A program made the translations under genes and the position numbers. The notes under the pieces were generated by a model. The model saw only the letters and a list, made by a program, of their open reading frames with translations, was not told where the DNA came from and searched no databases. A stretch of DNA of 64,000 nucleotides from Candidatus Woesearchaeota archaeon (GTDB lineage: Archaea > Nanobdellota > Nanobdellia > Woesearchaeales > JAFGLG01): contig JAFGLG010000007.1 in the NCBI GenBank assembly GCA_016928155.1, forward strand, positions 58,973 through 122,972. The letters run 5' to 3'. Below are positions 36,189 to 45,468 of the stretch, one piece after another (positions within the stretch are counted from its first letter, which is position 1; the number at the start of each line of letters is the position of its first letter).

Positions 36189-36283
36189 TGGACCCTGCGG
36201 GAGTCGCACCCGCGGCCTCTTCCGTTCTCTGCCGTCTTCAGACCGGCTGCGAGGGAAGCGCTCTACTACTGAGCTAAGGGCCC
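36189..36283 (-). tRNA. tRNA-Ala(CGC) with a canonical-position intron of about 23 nt
   Basis: GGGCCCT-TA-GCTC-AGTAGTA-GAGC-G-CTTCC-CTCGCA[intron]-GGAAG-AGGCC-GCGGG-TGCGACT-CCCGC-AGGGTCC-A. The G3:U70 Ala identity pair is present. Confidence 0.85.
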
Positions 36284-36467
36284 TTCATTCCTCTGGCACA
36301 TGACTCAATATGGTCTTTGATGAACTTATATTTAAATGATATATACCCTAAATGCGATAGTTTTAAATAGTTTTTTCATATATCATCATATATCATCATA
36401 TGAAATAAGAAATGAGCCAACTGAAATATGGGGGTGAAAAAGATGAACAAGAAAATGATGAGGCTTA

Positions 36468-37064
36468 TTGAAGGGTTCGAAACTGACCCTGACACTGAGC
36501 AGGATGATGAGTTCATCGAAAGATTCTTCCCAGAAGATACCGGATACTGCAGCTGACCAGTCATTTTTTTCACTAAAACATATAAAAAGCAGATTTTCCC
36601 ACCATTCCATGGAATCATCCACATATGCCCAGATAGAAGCCCTGTCAGCAGCATATTTTCTCCAGAGAGGCGAAGAAGAGAGGATACCTTCACCCTGCAT
36701 ACTGCTCTCGGCTCTCTCTTATGTGGCAGACACAATGAGACCTGCCAGAGAACTCCAGGGCCAGGCCTATGATGGGATGCCCTTGGACGATTTCCTCAGC
36801 ATCGCTGATGAGCTCGATGCTGCAAAAAGAGAATTCTCTGAAAATGTAGAACAGATCTTTAGGCAGACCGGGCTGACAAGATTCGAATTCTATGACATCC
36901 TGTGCTATGGAGCCAAGACAGGAAAAATCTCAGAAGAGTTCAGATATGGTGGTCATCCGATCTCAAAAGAGCTCCTGATCTTCGAAGCCATGAGAGACCA
37001 TCTTATATCATTTGGGGACAAGGAATTCAGGCCGAATCTCAGGATAGAAGAGATAGAAGAATAG
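36468..37064 (+). CDS. hypothetical protein (start uncertain)
   Basis: 198-aa ORF whose first 47 or so residues look unnatural. Plausible starts are MESSTYAQ (36609) or a frameshifted fusion with the SD-preceded 37-codon ORF 36443..36556. Confidence 0.5.
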   Translation: MKGSKLTLTLSRMMSSSKDSSQKIPDTAADQSFFSLKHIKSRFSHHSMESSTYAQIEALSAAYFLQRGEEERIPSPCILLSALSYVADTMRPARELQGQAYDGMPLDDFLSIADELDAAKREFSENVEQIFRQTGLTRFEFYDILCYGAKTGKISEEFRYGGHPISKELLIFEAMRDHLISFGDKEFRPNLRIEEIEE

Positions 37065-37116
37065 TTTCTCCTTAAGACAATCCTTCCCTTGATGAAAATC
37101 TCCAAAAGGTTTATAT

Positions 37117-37326
37117 ATGCCTTCTTCAAGGACCCTTATCATGAAATGCCAAAAATGCGGAAAAGAGAACAGGGAGCACGATAGCTTCTGCAGGAACTGC
37201 GGCGAGTCTACAGGAAGGGAAGCCTTCGAATGCGAATGCGGCGCAGATGTCGGGAAGGAAGACAACTACTGCGGGAAATGCGGCATGAAATTCGAAGGTG
37301 TCGAGGAAGCCGAGAGCGACGAATAG
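37117..37326 (+). CDS. double zinc-ribbon protein
   Basis: CQKCGKEN...FCRNCG and CECGADV...YCGKCG. Confidence 0.6.
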   Translation: MPSSRTLIMKCQKCGKENREHDSFCRNCGESTGREAFECECGADVGKEDNYCGKCGMKFEGVEEAESDE

Positions 37327-37328
37327 AA

Positions 37329-38198
37329 TCATCTTCTCTTTTTTATCTCTGCCACAGCCTCAGGTATGGAAAAGAACATATCAGAGGCAATCACGCTGTC
37401 CTGATATCTTCCAGCAGCTATCTCCCCAGCAAGACCATTCAGATAAACAGCTGCGCATGCTGCGTCAAAAGGAGAGAGCCCCTTTGCAAGGAACTGGGCG
37501 CAGATGCCGGCAAGGCAGTCGCCAAATCCCCCTTTTGTCATGAAAGGAGAACCAGTCTGGTTGACATAGATGTTCTTGGAGTCAGCGACGACATCATCCT
37601 TACCTTTGAGTATTATCGTGCCGCCAATCCTCTTTGCAGCATCAGAGACCTTGCTCTTCCTGTCAGCAGTGTCGAACTTAGCATTCATTCCAGTCAAGGC
37701 CAGAAACTCATTGAGATGAGGGGTGATGATGAACTTCTTGTCATGCAGAACCCTATGATTACGGCCGATGAACCTTATTGCGTCTGCGTCAATCACCATG
37801 GGCTTCCTGAGCCTATTGATGAGCTTCAGCACCATCTTCCTTGTCTCTGGATCCTGCGACAGGCCCGGGCCGATGAGCACAGAATCGCACTCATCTGCAA
37901 TGCCAAGTATGAAATCAACATCATCTGAGTCAAGGAACCTCTTCTCCCTTGCATAAGCTATCAGGTCAGGAGAATAAGAGGCAGCAATATCGGCGGATCT
38001 CCTCGGGGTGACAAGCATGACAAGATCAGCACCAGCGCGATAAGCAGACATGCAGCTGAAGATAGGGCTTCCTGAAAACTGATAAGAGCCTGCGACAACA
38101 AGCACAACACCATTCTTCCTCTTATGGGTCCAAGGATCCCTCTTCCTGTAAATATCCTTGAGAATCTGCTCAACCCGCTTTTTGGTGTAGATCATCAT
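37329..38198 (-). CDS. ADP/ATP-dependent NAD(P)H-hydrate dehydratase (YjeF C-terminal family)
   Basis: VLVVAGSYQFSGSPIFSCMSAYRAGADLV, VLIGPGL, LKGKDDVV and TKGGFGDCLAGI. Confidence 0.8.
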   Translation of the reverse strand: MMIYTKKRVEQILKDIYRKRDPWTHKRKNGVVLVVAGSYQFSGSPIFSCMSAYRAGADLVMLVTPRRSADIAASYSPDLIAYAREKRFLDSDDVDFILGIADECDSVLIGPGLSQDPETRKMVLKLINRLRKPMVIDADAIRFIGRNHRVLHDKKFIITPHLNEFLALTGMNAKFDTADRKSKVSDAAKRIGGTIILKGKDDVVADSKNIYVNQTGSPFMTKGGFGDCLAGICAQFLAKGLSPFDAACAAVYLNGLAGEIAAGRYQDSVIASDMFFSIPEAVAEIKKRR

Positions 38199-38229
38199 AT
38201 CAAATCAGGGCAATATATTTAAATAGTTA

Positions 38230-38424
38230 ATGGGTTTAGGAAGAGGCATGGGGGCAAGTCTGATAAAGAAGATGATCGGGATAGCTGCAATAACAGCACT
38301 GATGGCAAATATGGTGCTGTTTGCTGTGCTGAAATACAGCAATCTCAGATTCTGGCTGATACTTATCATAATAGCAGGCACCAGCCTCGGACTTCTCAAG
38401 CTCATAAAGCTTTATGAAAAATGA
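38230..38424 (+). CDS. 64-aa two-TM protein
   Basis: Hydrophobic ORF whose stop overlaps the nth start. Confidence 0.4.
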   Translation: MGLGRGMGASLIKKMIGIAAITALMANMVLFAVLKYSNLRFWLILIIIAGTSLGLLKLIKLYEK

Positions 38425-39098
38425 GCTGCCAAAGAACAATGAGAGAGACCAAAGAACAGAAAAAGAAGAGGATAGCGAAGATTATAATTCTCCTCAGCAA
38501 AAATCATGGGAACACGATGCTAGCCAGGCTTTCCCATATGGGTGCATATAAATCCCTCATCAGCACAATACTCAGCGCAAGGGCAAGAGATGAAACAACA
38601 GAAGTTCTCGCAAAAGAGCTGTTCAGGAAATACAGGACAATGAAATCTCTGGCAGATGCGCCGCTCCCTCAACTGGAAAAGGATATCAAGAAGAGCGGAT
38701 TCTACAAGCAGAAAGCCAGACGGATCAAAGAAGTTTCTCAGATAATCCTGACAAAGCACAGAGGAAAAGTTCCAGAGACAATGGAAGAGCTGACTGCGCT
38801 TCCCGGAGTGGGCAGGAAGACAGCAGGGTGCGTGCTCGTGTATGCGTTCGGCAAACAGGCGATACCTGTCGACACACATGTGCATAGGATATCAAACAGG
38901 CTGGGTCTTGTCGAGACAAAGGCTCCTGAGAAGACAGAGCAGGAGCTCATGAAGCTCGTGCCTAAGAACAGATGGCACCTGGTGAATGACCTCCTGGTCA
39001 ATCATGGAAAGACAATATGCAATCCAATCACGCCTTCATGCTCAAGATGCGAGATATCAAAACTATGCCCAAGAAAGAAAGTTACGAGGTGGAAATGA
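38421..39098 (+). CDS. nth: endonuclease III (HhH-GPD, Fe-S)
   Basis: LISTILSARARDE, LPGVGRKTAGCVL, VDTHVHRISNRLGL and the C-terminal cluster C..C..C. Confidence 0.85.
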   Translation: MSCQRTMRETKEQKKKRIAKIIILLSKNHGNTMLARLSHMGAYKSLISTILSARARDETTEVLAKELFRKYRTMKSLADAPLPQLEKDIKKSGFYKQKARRIKEVSQIILTKHRGKVPETMEELTALPGVGRKTAGCVLVYAFGKQAIPVDTHVHRISNRLGLVETKAPEKTEQELMKLVPKNRWHLVNDLLVNHGKTICNPITPSCSRCEISKLCPRKKVTRWK

Positions 39099-39806
39099 AT
39101 GGCCAAAGCCCTCTATATGGATGATTCATACATGAAGGAATTCGATGCAAAGGTCACTGATGCAGACGGGAAGAACATCGAGCTTGACCAGACAGCGTTC
39201 TATCCTGAATCTGGAGGCCAGCCGGCTGACCACGGAAAACTGGTCAAGGAGGGCGTCGAGTACATGGTATTGCACACAAAGAAGGACAAAGGAAGGATTG
39301 TCCATGAAGTGGACAGGGAAGGGCTTTCTGTCGGCGATGAAGTGCATGGGGTGATTGACTGGGAAAGGAGATACAGGCTGATGAGGAGCCATACAGCAGC
39401 ACATGTCGTCTCAGGGATGTTCTCCAAGACAACAGAGGCCAAGATTACAGGCAACCAGCTGGGGCTCGACAAGATCAGGATAGACTTCAATCTCGAGAAC
39501 TTCGACAGGGAAGTGATAGAATCCCTGATCACAAGATCAAATGAGCTGATACACAAGAACCTTGATATCAAAGCATATGGGATGCCCCGTGAAGAGGTCG
39601 AGAAGAATCCAGACATGGTCAAACTGGCTGCAGGACTGCCGCCGGGGATCAAGGTGCTGCGCATCGTCGAGATAGATGGATTCGACAGCCAGCCAGATGG
39701 CGGAACGCATGTCAGGAACACATCAGAAGTGGGCGAGCTCGAGATACTGAAGATGGAGAACAAAGGAGCGAGCAACAGAAGGGTTTATATCAGGCTGAAG
39801 GAGTAG
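39099..39806 (+). CDS. alaX: alanyl-tRNA editing protein AlaX
   Basis: FYPESGGQPADHG, HTAAHVVSG and GGTHVRNTSEVG. Confidence 0.85.
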   Translation: MAKALYMDDSYMKEFDAKVTDADGKNIELDQTAFYPESGGQPADHGKLVKEGVEYMVLHTKKDKGRIVHEVDREGLSVGDEVHGVIDWERRYRLMRSHTAAHVVSGMFSKTTEAKITGNQLGLDKIRIDFNLENFDREVIESLITRSNELIHKNLDIKAYGMPREEVEKNPDMVKLAAGLPPGIKVLRIVEIDGFDSQPDGGTHVRNTSEVGELEILKMENKGASNRRVYIRLKE

Positions 39807-39878
39807 AATTGAGTGGCACTGGTCACTAGACAGTTGCGAGGAATTCTTTTAAACTGGCTGTGAAGATTTCATTATCAC

Positions 39879-40643
39879 ATGATAAGGAACTCATTTGTAT
39901 TTCTGGACAAGATTGGCCTGACAAAGGAAAAACTCATATGGCAGAGCGGGGTCAGGCACTGGGACGATTTCCTGAGGGCGGGAAGCGTATCAGGGATAGG
40001 CAAAGCAAGGAAATTCTATTACAATATGCAGGTCAGGAATGCAGAGAAAGAGCTTGAAAAGGATAACTCATGCTTCTTTGCAGACAGGATGCCCAAATCA
40101 GAGATGTGGAGATTATATGAAACTTTCAAGGATGATGCGCTCTTCCTGGATATAGAGACCACAGAACATTATGGAGACATCACAGTGATAGGGATGTATG
40201 ACGGAAAGGAAAGCAATTTCATGGTGCGCGGATTCAATCTTGACAAAGATAAATTCTATGCCTATCTAGAGCAGTTCAAGCTGATAATAACATATAACGG
40301 ACTGAGCTTTGACCAGCCAGTCATCGAGAGATATTTCGGCAAGAAATTCACAAAGATACCTCATCTTGACCTGCGGCACGCATGTGCAAGGATAGGATTG
40401 GTCGGCGGACTGAAGACAGTTGAAAGAACCCTTGGTATAGATAGAGATGAGGAAGTTGCAAATGTGATGGGAAGCGATGCAATATATCTCTGGAGCATGT
40501 GGAAGGCAACAGGAAAAAGAGAATACCTGGACAGGCTGATCAGATACAATGAATATGACATCGTGAACCTCAAGCCAATAGCAGAGCATGTCTGCTCTGA
40601 ATTGAGCCAAACACTAAATGCCCTAAGCCCACAACATTTATAA
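39879..40643 (+). CDS. RNase H-like/DEDD exonuclease-fold protein (YprB-like)
   Basis: LFLDIETTEHYGDITVIGM and ITYNGLSFDQPVIERYF. Confidence 0.6.
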   Translation: MIRNSFVFLDKIGLTKEKLIWQSGVRHWDDFLRAGSVSGIGKARKFYYNMQVRNAEKELEKDNSCFFADRMPKSEMWRLYETFKDDALFLDIETTEHYGDITVIGMYDGKESNFMVRGFNLDKDKFYAYLEQFKLIITYNGLSFDQPVIERYFGKKFTKIPHLDLRHACARIGLVGGLKTVERTLGIDRDEEVANVMGSDAIYLWSMWKATGKREYLDRLIRYNEYDIVNLKPIAEHVCSELSQTLNALSPQHL

Positions 40644-40687
40644 AGAGGCCGGGTTGCCACTGCGGAAAAGACGTTCAAGGTGATCAT

Positions 40688-41437
40688 ATGCAACCATATC
40701 AAAAAACCATAGAAAAATTCTATCCACAAGCATCACCAATGGAAGACTCCCTGGGGGAGATGCAGACAATGCTGTCAGACATGGGATTCAGATCCGGGCA
40801 GACCCAGATCATCACATCCCTCTGCAGAGATGATATACTAAACCCATTCCATCAATATGTTGAAAGCCTCTGGAAAGATACAGACGGATCTTTCAGGCTA
40901 GGCGGTCTTGTGGGCTTTCCAACAGGGGGCGCGACAGGCATGGGTGCAGCGATGCATCATGCGCCTAACACAAAAGGCCCTGAAAGATATCTCATTTTTG
41001 CCGGAGCCCATGTCTCTATAGGACAGAATGGAGTCTTTGGAGACCTGACAAGAAATTATAGAGCGGGGAATACAGGTGCATGCGGGGCAGCACTGAAATT
41101 CCTTGGCAGATTAGAAAGCGATCCAGAATACAAACCAACACCCAACAGGGCAGACAGGGAGCAATATTATGCAGAGACAACTCTCCTGAAGAATGCGGCT
41201 TCAATATTGGGCCATGAATCCAGGAGCGATAGGGTGCATGCGCTTACCCAGCATTCAGCCAAGCATATTGATAGTGATCTTGACGAGACACTTGCAGCTA
41301 CTGGGATCACGAAGAATGGAACACCATTTGCACTTATACTGGCAGATTTCCTGCACACACCAGAAGGATTGTTCCTACAGCTCAATAAGGATAGGAGTGT
41401 CATCCAGAATGAGAACGGAGTATACAGCTTCAACTAA
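40688..41437 (+). CDS. hypothetical protein
   Basis: 249-aa ORF. No motif recognised. Confidence 0.55.
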   Translation: MQPYQKTIEKFYPQASPMEDSLGEMQTMLSDMGFRSGQTQIITSLCRDDILNPFHQYVESLWKDTDGSFRLGGLVGFPTGGATGMGAAMHHAPNTKGPERYLIFAGAHVSIGQNGVFGDLTRNYRAGNTGACGAALKFLGRLESDPEYKPTPNRADREQYYAETTLLKNAASILGHESRSDRVHALTQHSAKHIDSDLDETLAATGITKNGTPFALILADFLHTPEGLFLQLNKDRSVIQNENGVYSFN

Positions 41438-41529
41438 TGCAGCAATCCAATAAATTTATATATCAATTTCTTTAATTTTTCAATTCGGGGTTTTTAAATC
41501 ATAATTATCCAATAATCAGAGGTGCAAAA

Positions 41530-42765
41530 ATGGATGTATTTGAAAATGTGATGAAATTTCTCGAGAAGATCAGGAAGATAAAAGGCCTGACACCAGAAGA
41601 ATTCAAGATATTATCAGAGCCCAGGAAAGTGTTCAGGTTCGACATCCCAGTGACCCTTGACAATGGGGAGAAGAAGACCTACCAAGGATACAGGGTGCAG
41701 TACAACAATGCAAGAGGCCCGACAAAAGGGGGCATAAGATATCATCCTGATGTGTCACTCGCAGAGGTCAAAGCCCTCGCATTCTGGATGACGCTGAAAT
41801 GCGCAGTCGTCGACATACCATACGGCGGCGCAAAGGGAGGGGTCATAATAAACCCAAAAGTCCTCTCACAGCAGGAACTGGAAAAAGTCTCGCGCGGATT
41901 CATCCAGGCAATCCATGACGAAGTAGGGCCAGACAAGGACATACCAGCACCAGATGTGTATACAAACCCCCAGGTCATGGCGTGGATGCTCGACGAGTTC
42001 GAGAAGATAAAAGGAGGCCACTATCCAGCTTTCATAACAGGCAAGCCGCTTGAGCTCGGCGGAAGTGCAGGAAGGATGTTCTCAACATCCCAGGGAGGGG
42101 CCTACTGCGTCAGGGAGATGGCAAAAGTCTACAGACTGGAGCCCCACAAGACAAGGATAATAGTGCAGGGCTTCGGCAATGTTGGAAGCTTCATGGTGCA
42201 GATACTCGCAGACTGGGGATACACAGTAGTGGGGGTCAGCGATTCAAAGGGCGCCCTCTACAGAAAGGATGGCCTGGATATTGACGCTGTCACAAAGCAC
42301 AAGCAGGAGAAAGGAAGCTTTGAAGGATTCCCGGACGCACAATATATCACAAATGCAGACCTGCTCGAATCAGAATGCGACATACTGGTCCCGGCAGCGC
42401 TTGAAGGTGTCATAACCGCAGAGAACGCAGGCAAGATAAAGGCCAAGTATGTCATCGAGCTTGCAAACGGACCGACAACACCAGAAGCTGATGAGATACT
42501 TTTCAAAAAGGGAATATTCCTTGTGCCTGATGTGCTCGCGAATGCCGGTGGTGTGACTGTGAGTTATTTTGAGTGGGTGCAGAACAGGATGGGATATTAC
42601 TGGGAAGAGGCAGAAGTGCTTGCAAAGCTAGACAGGATCATGATAAGGGCCTTCAAGGAAGTCTATGACACGTCCCAAGAATACAAGGTCGACATGAGAA
42701 CAGGATCCTATATCGTAGCAATAGAAAGGGTGCTGAAAGCAGAGAAGCTCAGAGGGAATGTCTAA
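41530..42765 (+). CDS. gdhA: glutamate dehydrogenase
   Basis: KGGIRYHP, PYGGAKGG and the Rossmann motif QGFGNVG. Confidence 0.95.
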   Translation: MDVFENVMKFLEKIRKIKGLTPEEFKILSEPRKVFRFDIPVTLDNGEKKTYQGYRVQYNNARGPTKGGIRYHPDVSLAEVKALAFWMTLKCAVVDIPYGGAKGGVIINPKVLSQQELEKVSRGFIQAIHDEVGPDKDIPAPDVYTNPQVMAWMLDEFEKIKGGHYPAFITGKPLELGGSAGRMFSTSQGGAYCVREMAKVYRLEPHKTRIIVQGFGNVGSFMVQILADWGYTVVGVSDSKGALYRKDGLDIDAVTKHKQEKGSFEGFPDAQYITNADLLESECDILVPAALEGVITAENAGKIKAKYVIELANGPTTPEADEILFKKGIFLVPDVLANAGGVTVSYFEWVQNRMGYYWEEAEVLAKLDRIMIRAFKEVYDTSQEYKVDMRTGSYIVAIERVLKAEKLRGNV

Positions 42766-43655
42766 GACCTGTATTTGAACAGGTTCATGCTGAGATATCT
42801 CTCACCCCTGTCCGGGAGGACTGTTGCGACCTTCTTGTACATCTTAGCCAGCTTTAATGCGACCAACATGTTGGCGCCGGCGCTGATACCGACAAGGATG
42901 CCGTATTTCCTTGATAATTTCCTTGCCATGTTCACAGCCTCTTCGCTGCCGACAGTAACACATCTGTCAACTTTCTTCATGTCAATAAGCTGAGGGATGA
43001 AACCATCACCTATCCCCTGGATCTTATGCTCTGCAACCCTGACTTCAGAGCCGCCGAACATGACAGCAGCCTCTTCAGGCTCAATAGCTATGACCTTAAG
43101 ATTAGGATTAGCCTTCTTCATCACTTCAGAGATGCCCATCAAGGTGCCTCCTGTCCCTACACCGGCGACAACAGCGTCAACAGGTCCGATCTCCTTAAGG
43201 ATCTCCTCTCCTGTCTTCCTCTGGGCAGCGATATTTGCAGGATTATTGAACTGCCTTGCGAGGAAATGCTTCGGCTTCTTCCCCAGCTCTTCAGCTTTCG
43301 CAATCGCTTCCTTCAATGAGCCGCTCTTGCTGGTCTCAACAAGCTTAGCACCGAAGGCTCGCATCATCTGCTTTCGCTCCTCACTCATGTTCTCAGGCAT
43401 GACCACAATCATCTTGTAGCCTTTTGCAGCAGCGACCATGGACAATGAGATACCAGTATTGCCGGAACTTGCTTCAACTATTGTATAACCTCTCTTGAGC
43501 CTGCCTTCCCTTTCTGCTGCCTCAACAATCTCCTTTGCGACCCTATCCTTGATGCTGCCGCTCGGATTGAGCGATTCCATCTTTGCATAGACATTGCCTA
43601 TCCTTATCAATGGAGTGTTGCCGATGGCATCCAGAACAGAATAATCCTTTTTCAT
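42762..43655 (-). CDS. cysK: cysteine synthase / O-acetylserine sulfhydrylase family (PLP)
   Basis: GNTPLIR, NPSGSIKDR and SSGNTGISL. Confidence 0.9.
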   Translation of the reverse strand: MKKDYSVLDAIGNTPLIRIGNVYAKMESLNPSGSIKDRVAKEIVEAAEREGRLKRGYTIVEASSGNTGISLSMVAAAKGYKMIVVMPENMSEERKQMMRAFGAKLVETSKSGSLKEAIAKAEELGKKPKHFLARQFNNPANIAAQRKTGEEILKEIGPVDAVVAGVGTGGTLMGISEVMKKANPNLKVIAIEPEEAAVMFGGSEVRVAEHKIQGIGDGFIPQLIDMKKVDRCVTVGSEEAVNMARKLSRKYGILVGISAGANMLVALKLAKMYKKVATVLPDRGERYLSMNLFKYRS

Positions 43656-43722
43656 GGATCAGTGAGGAAAGGGCATTTATATATAAATTTGGCGCAAATC
43701 AATGGGAACATTTATATAATCT

Positions 43723-43739
43723 GTTGACTTTACATCAAC
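43723..43739. promoter_or_regulatory. 17-nt palindrome-like site directly downstream of the TATA of the wHTH gene
   Basis: GTTGAC-TTTAC-ATCAAC starts 3 nt after TATA TTTATATAA (43711-43719). It matches 14 of 17 positions at the hsp20 promoter site. Confidence 0.4.
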
Positions 43740-43773
43740 CAAGGCCCTAGGTGGCTAAATTCGGGTGTTTGAC

Positions 43774-44181
43774 ATGGTCTTTTTGCATCAGAGAATAACA
43801 ATCTACAGATTACGGAAACCTGCTACTCCTGGCATAAATGATGAGCTCCAATGGCTGGGCACATCGCTCGGGCTGTTCGGGCTCAGGGACAAGGATCGGT
43901 CGTGCTTCCGTCTTTTTATCACATTACTGAAAGCAGGAAAGAAGAACCAGAGCCTGACATCAGATGAGCTGGCAGATCAGCTCGATCTTTCCAGGGGCAC
44001 TGTCGTGCATCATCTCAACAAGCTCATGGAAGCAGGTCTTGTCCTCCATGAGAGGAACAACTACATGCTCCGCGTCTCGAAAGTCAGCGACCTCGTCGAC
44101 GAGATAAAGCAGGACATGGAAAGGACACTGCAGGACATAAAGAAGGTTGCGGATGACATCGACAAGGGGCTGGATCTCTGA
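43774..44181 (+). CDS. winged-helix transcriptional regulator (ArsR/TrmB-like)
   Basis: SLTSDELADQLDLSRGTVVHHLNKLMEAGLVLHERNNY. ATG at 43774, or GTG at 43765. Confidence 0.65.
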   Translation: MVFLHQRITIYRLRKPATPGINDELQWLGTSLGLFGLRDKDRSCFRLFITLLKAGKKNQSLTSDELADQLDLSRGTVVHHLNKLMEAGLVLHERNNYMLRVSKVSDLVDEIKQDMERTLQDIKKVADDIDKGLDL

Positions 44182-44202
44182 ATCACAGTCCGAGGCGATA
44201 TT

Positions 44203-45267
44203 ATGGATAAAAAAATATTATCAGAGTTCAAATTTGGAGATTGGGATAACCAATGGGCTGGCAGCTGGGAGATTGTATCTATCACCGACTGGGGAAGATT
44301 CTACTGCAGGAAGCCGTTCTCAAAATATGCTGATTCCTATGTCGATCACACTATTATATTCTGGGAGAATGGAAAAAGCAGTGCTTATCATAGAAGATAT
44401 TACAAGGAAAGATTTGCCAAGAAAATCATCAAGTGTATAATGACAGATGAAAAATTTGCAGATAAATTATGTGCAGAGCTGAAATCAAGAACAGATGAAT
44501 ATCTAGATACAGCGAAGAAATTAGTAGGTAAGGACATAACATATAGTCAATTCAAAGGATATAGCGATCTAATATTAGATTATTATCCCCCACATGTTAC
44601 TATAAAAGTCATGATAGATTTTCTACCAAAAAACCTGCTCGACAAATATTTCGAGAGATTCCAAGAAGCAAGAGTATATGCTGAACCGGTTTTTGGAAAA
44701 ACAATTGAATTTATGAATAAATTAGCAGAAATCCATGCGAAAAAGACAGGATATCCAGCAGAATTGATAAAGACCATGACCAGGGATGAGTTTGACGCGT
44801 ATTTGCAGGGAAAGGGCCTGCCCTCAAAAGAAATCCTTGAAGAACGGAATAAGAAATCCGCTTTTCTGTTTCATAACAAAGAACTACTTGTCGTTACCGG
44901 AAAAGATGCAGATCTTGTCGAGGACATTGTGCTAGGTGAAAAGCATCAGGATGAGATAAAAGGAAGCTCCGCTTATCCAGGCAAAGCGAAAGGCAGGGTA
45001 AAAATAGTGATGGATCCAGAAAAAACAGCCGGTTTTAAAGAAGGAGACATTTTGGTTGCAGGCATGACAAGGCCGGAATATGTTCCGCTGATGGAGAAGG
45101 CAGCAGCAATTGTTACAGATGGCGGCGGAATCCTGTGCCATGCAGCAATAGTTGCAAGAGAACTAAAGAAACCTTGTGTCATTGGAACTAAAGTGGCAAC
45201 AAAAGTATTCAAGGACGGGGATTTGGTCGAAGTGGATGCTAATAAAGGTGTTGTGAGGAAGATCTAG
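44203..45267 (+). CDS. PEP-utilising-enzyme mobile-domain protein
   Basis: C-terminal GKAKGRVKIV...GDILVAGMTRPEYVPLMEKAAAIVTDGGGILCHAAIVARELKKPCVIG, a swivel domain with the catalytic His. Confidence 0.75.
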   Translation: MDKKILSEFKFGDWDNQWAGSWEIVSITDWGRFYCRKPFSKYADSYVDHTIIFWENGKSSAYHRRYYKERFAKKIIKCIMTDEKFADKLCAELKSRTDEYLDTAKKLVGKDITYSQFKGYSDLILDYYPPHVTIKVMIDFLPKNLLDKYFERFQEARVYAEPVFGKTIEFMNKLAEIHAKKTGYPAELIKTMTRDEFDAYLQGKGLPSKEILEERNKKSAFLFHNKELLVVTGKDADLVEDIVLGEKHQDEIKGSSAYPGKAKGRVKIVMDPEKTAGFKEGDILVAGMTRPEYVPLMEKAAAIVTDGGGILCHAAIVARELKKPCVIGTKVATKVFKDGDLVEVDANKGVVRKI

Positions 45268-45275
45268 GTTTTAGG

Positions 45276-45390
45276 CGGCGTGGGCGGGACTTCCAAACTC
45301 AAGGGGTCAAGAGTATTTGAACCCGCATGGGACTTGGTGAATCCCACCGGAGCATCAGTCTGGCGCATTACCAGATTGTGCCACCACGCC
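45276..45390 (-). tRNA. tRNA with a 26-nt T-loop intron and an extra 19-nt hairpin in the variable region; isotype uncertain (GAU/Ile if folded canonically)
   Basis: GGCGTGG...CCACGCC acceptor. T-arm is GCGGG-TTCAAAT-[45289..45314 intron]-CCCGC. The anticodon arm CCAGA-CTGATGC-TCCGG has one A:C mismatch and G37. The hairpin is TGGGA-TTCACCAAG-TCCCA at 45328..45346. Confidence 0.6.
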
Positions 45391-45431
45391 ATTGCCTAAA
45401 AATTTATATATAAGGTAAGCTTATACAGATT

Positions 45432-45468
45432 GACTTGGTGAGTCTCACCGGGGTGAAAGCCACCACGG
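45432..45468 (-). other. partial tRNA-like copy upstream of the tRNA
   Basis: The minus-strand sequence CCGTGGTGGC-TTTCA-CCCCGGTGAGACTCACCAAGTC joins look-alikes of the tRNA 5-prime acceptor/D start (GCGTGGTGGC) and of its variable-region hairpin (TCCGGTGGGATTCACCAAGTC). Confidence 0.35.
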
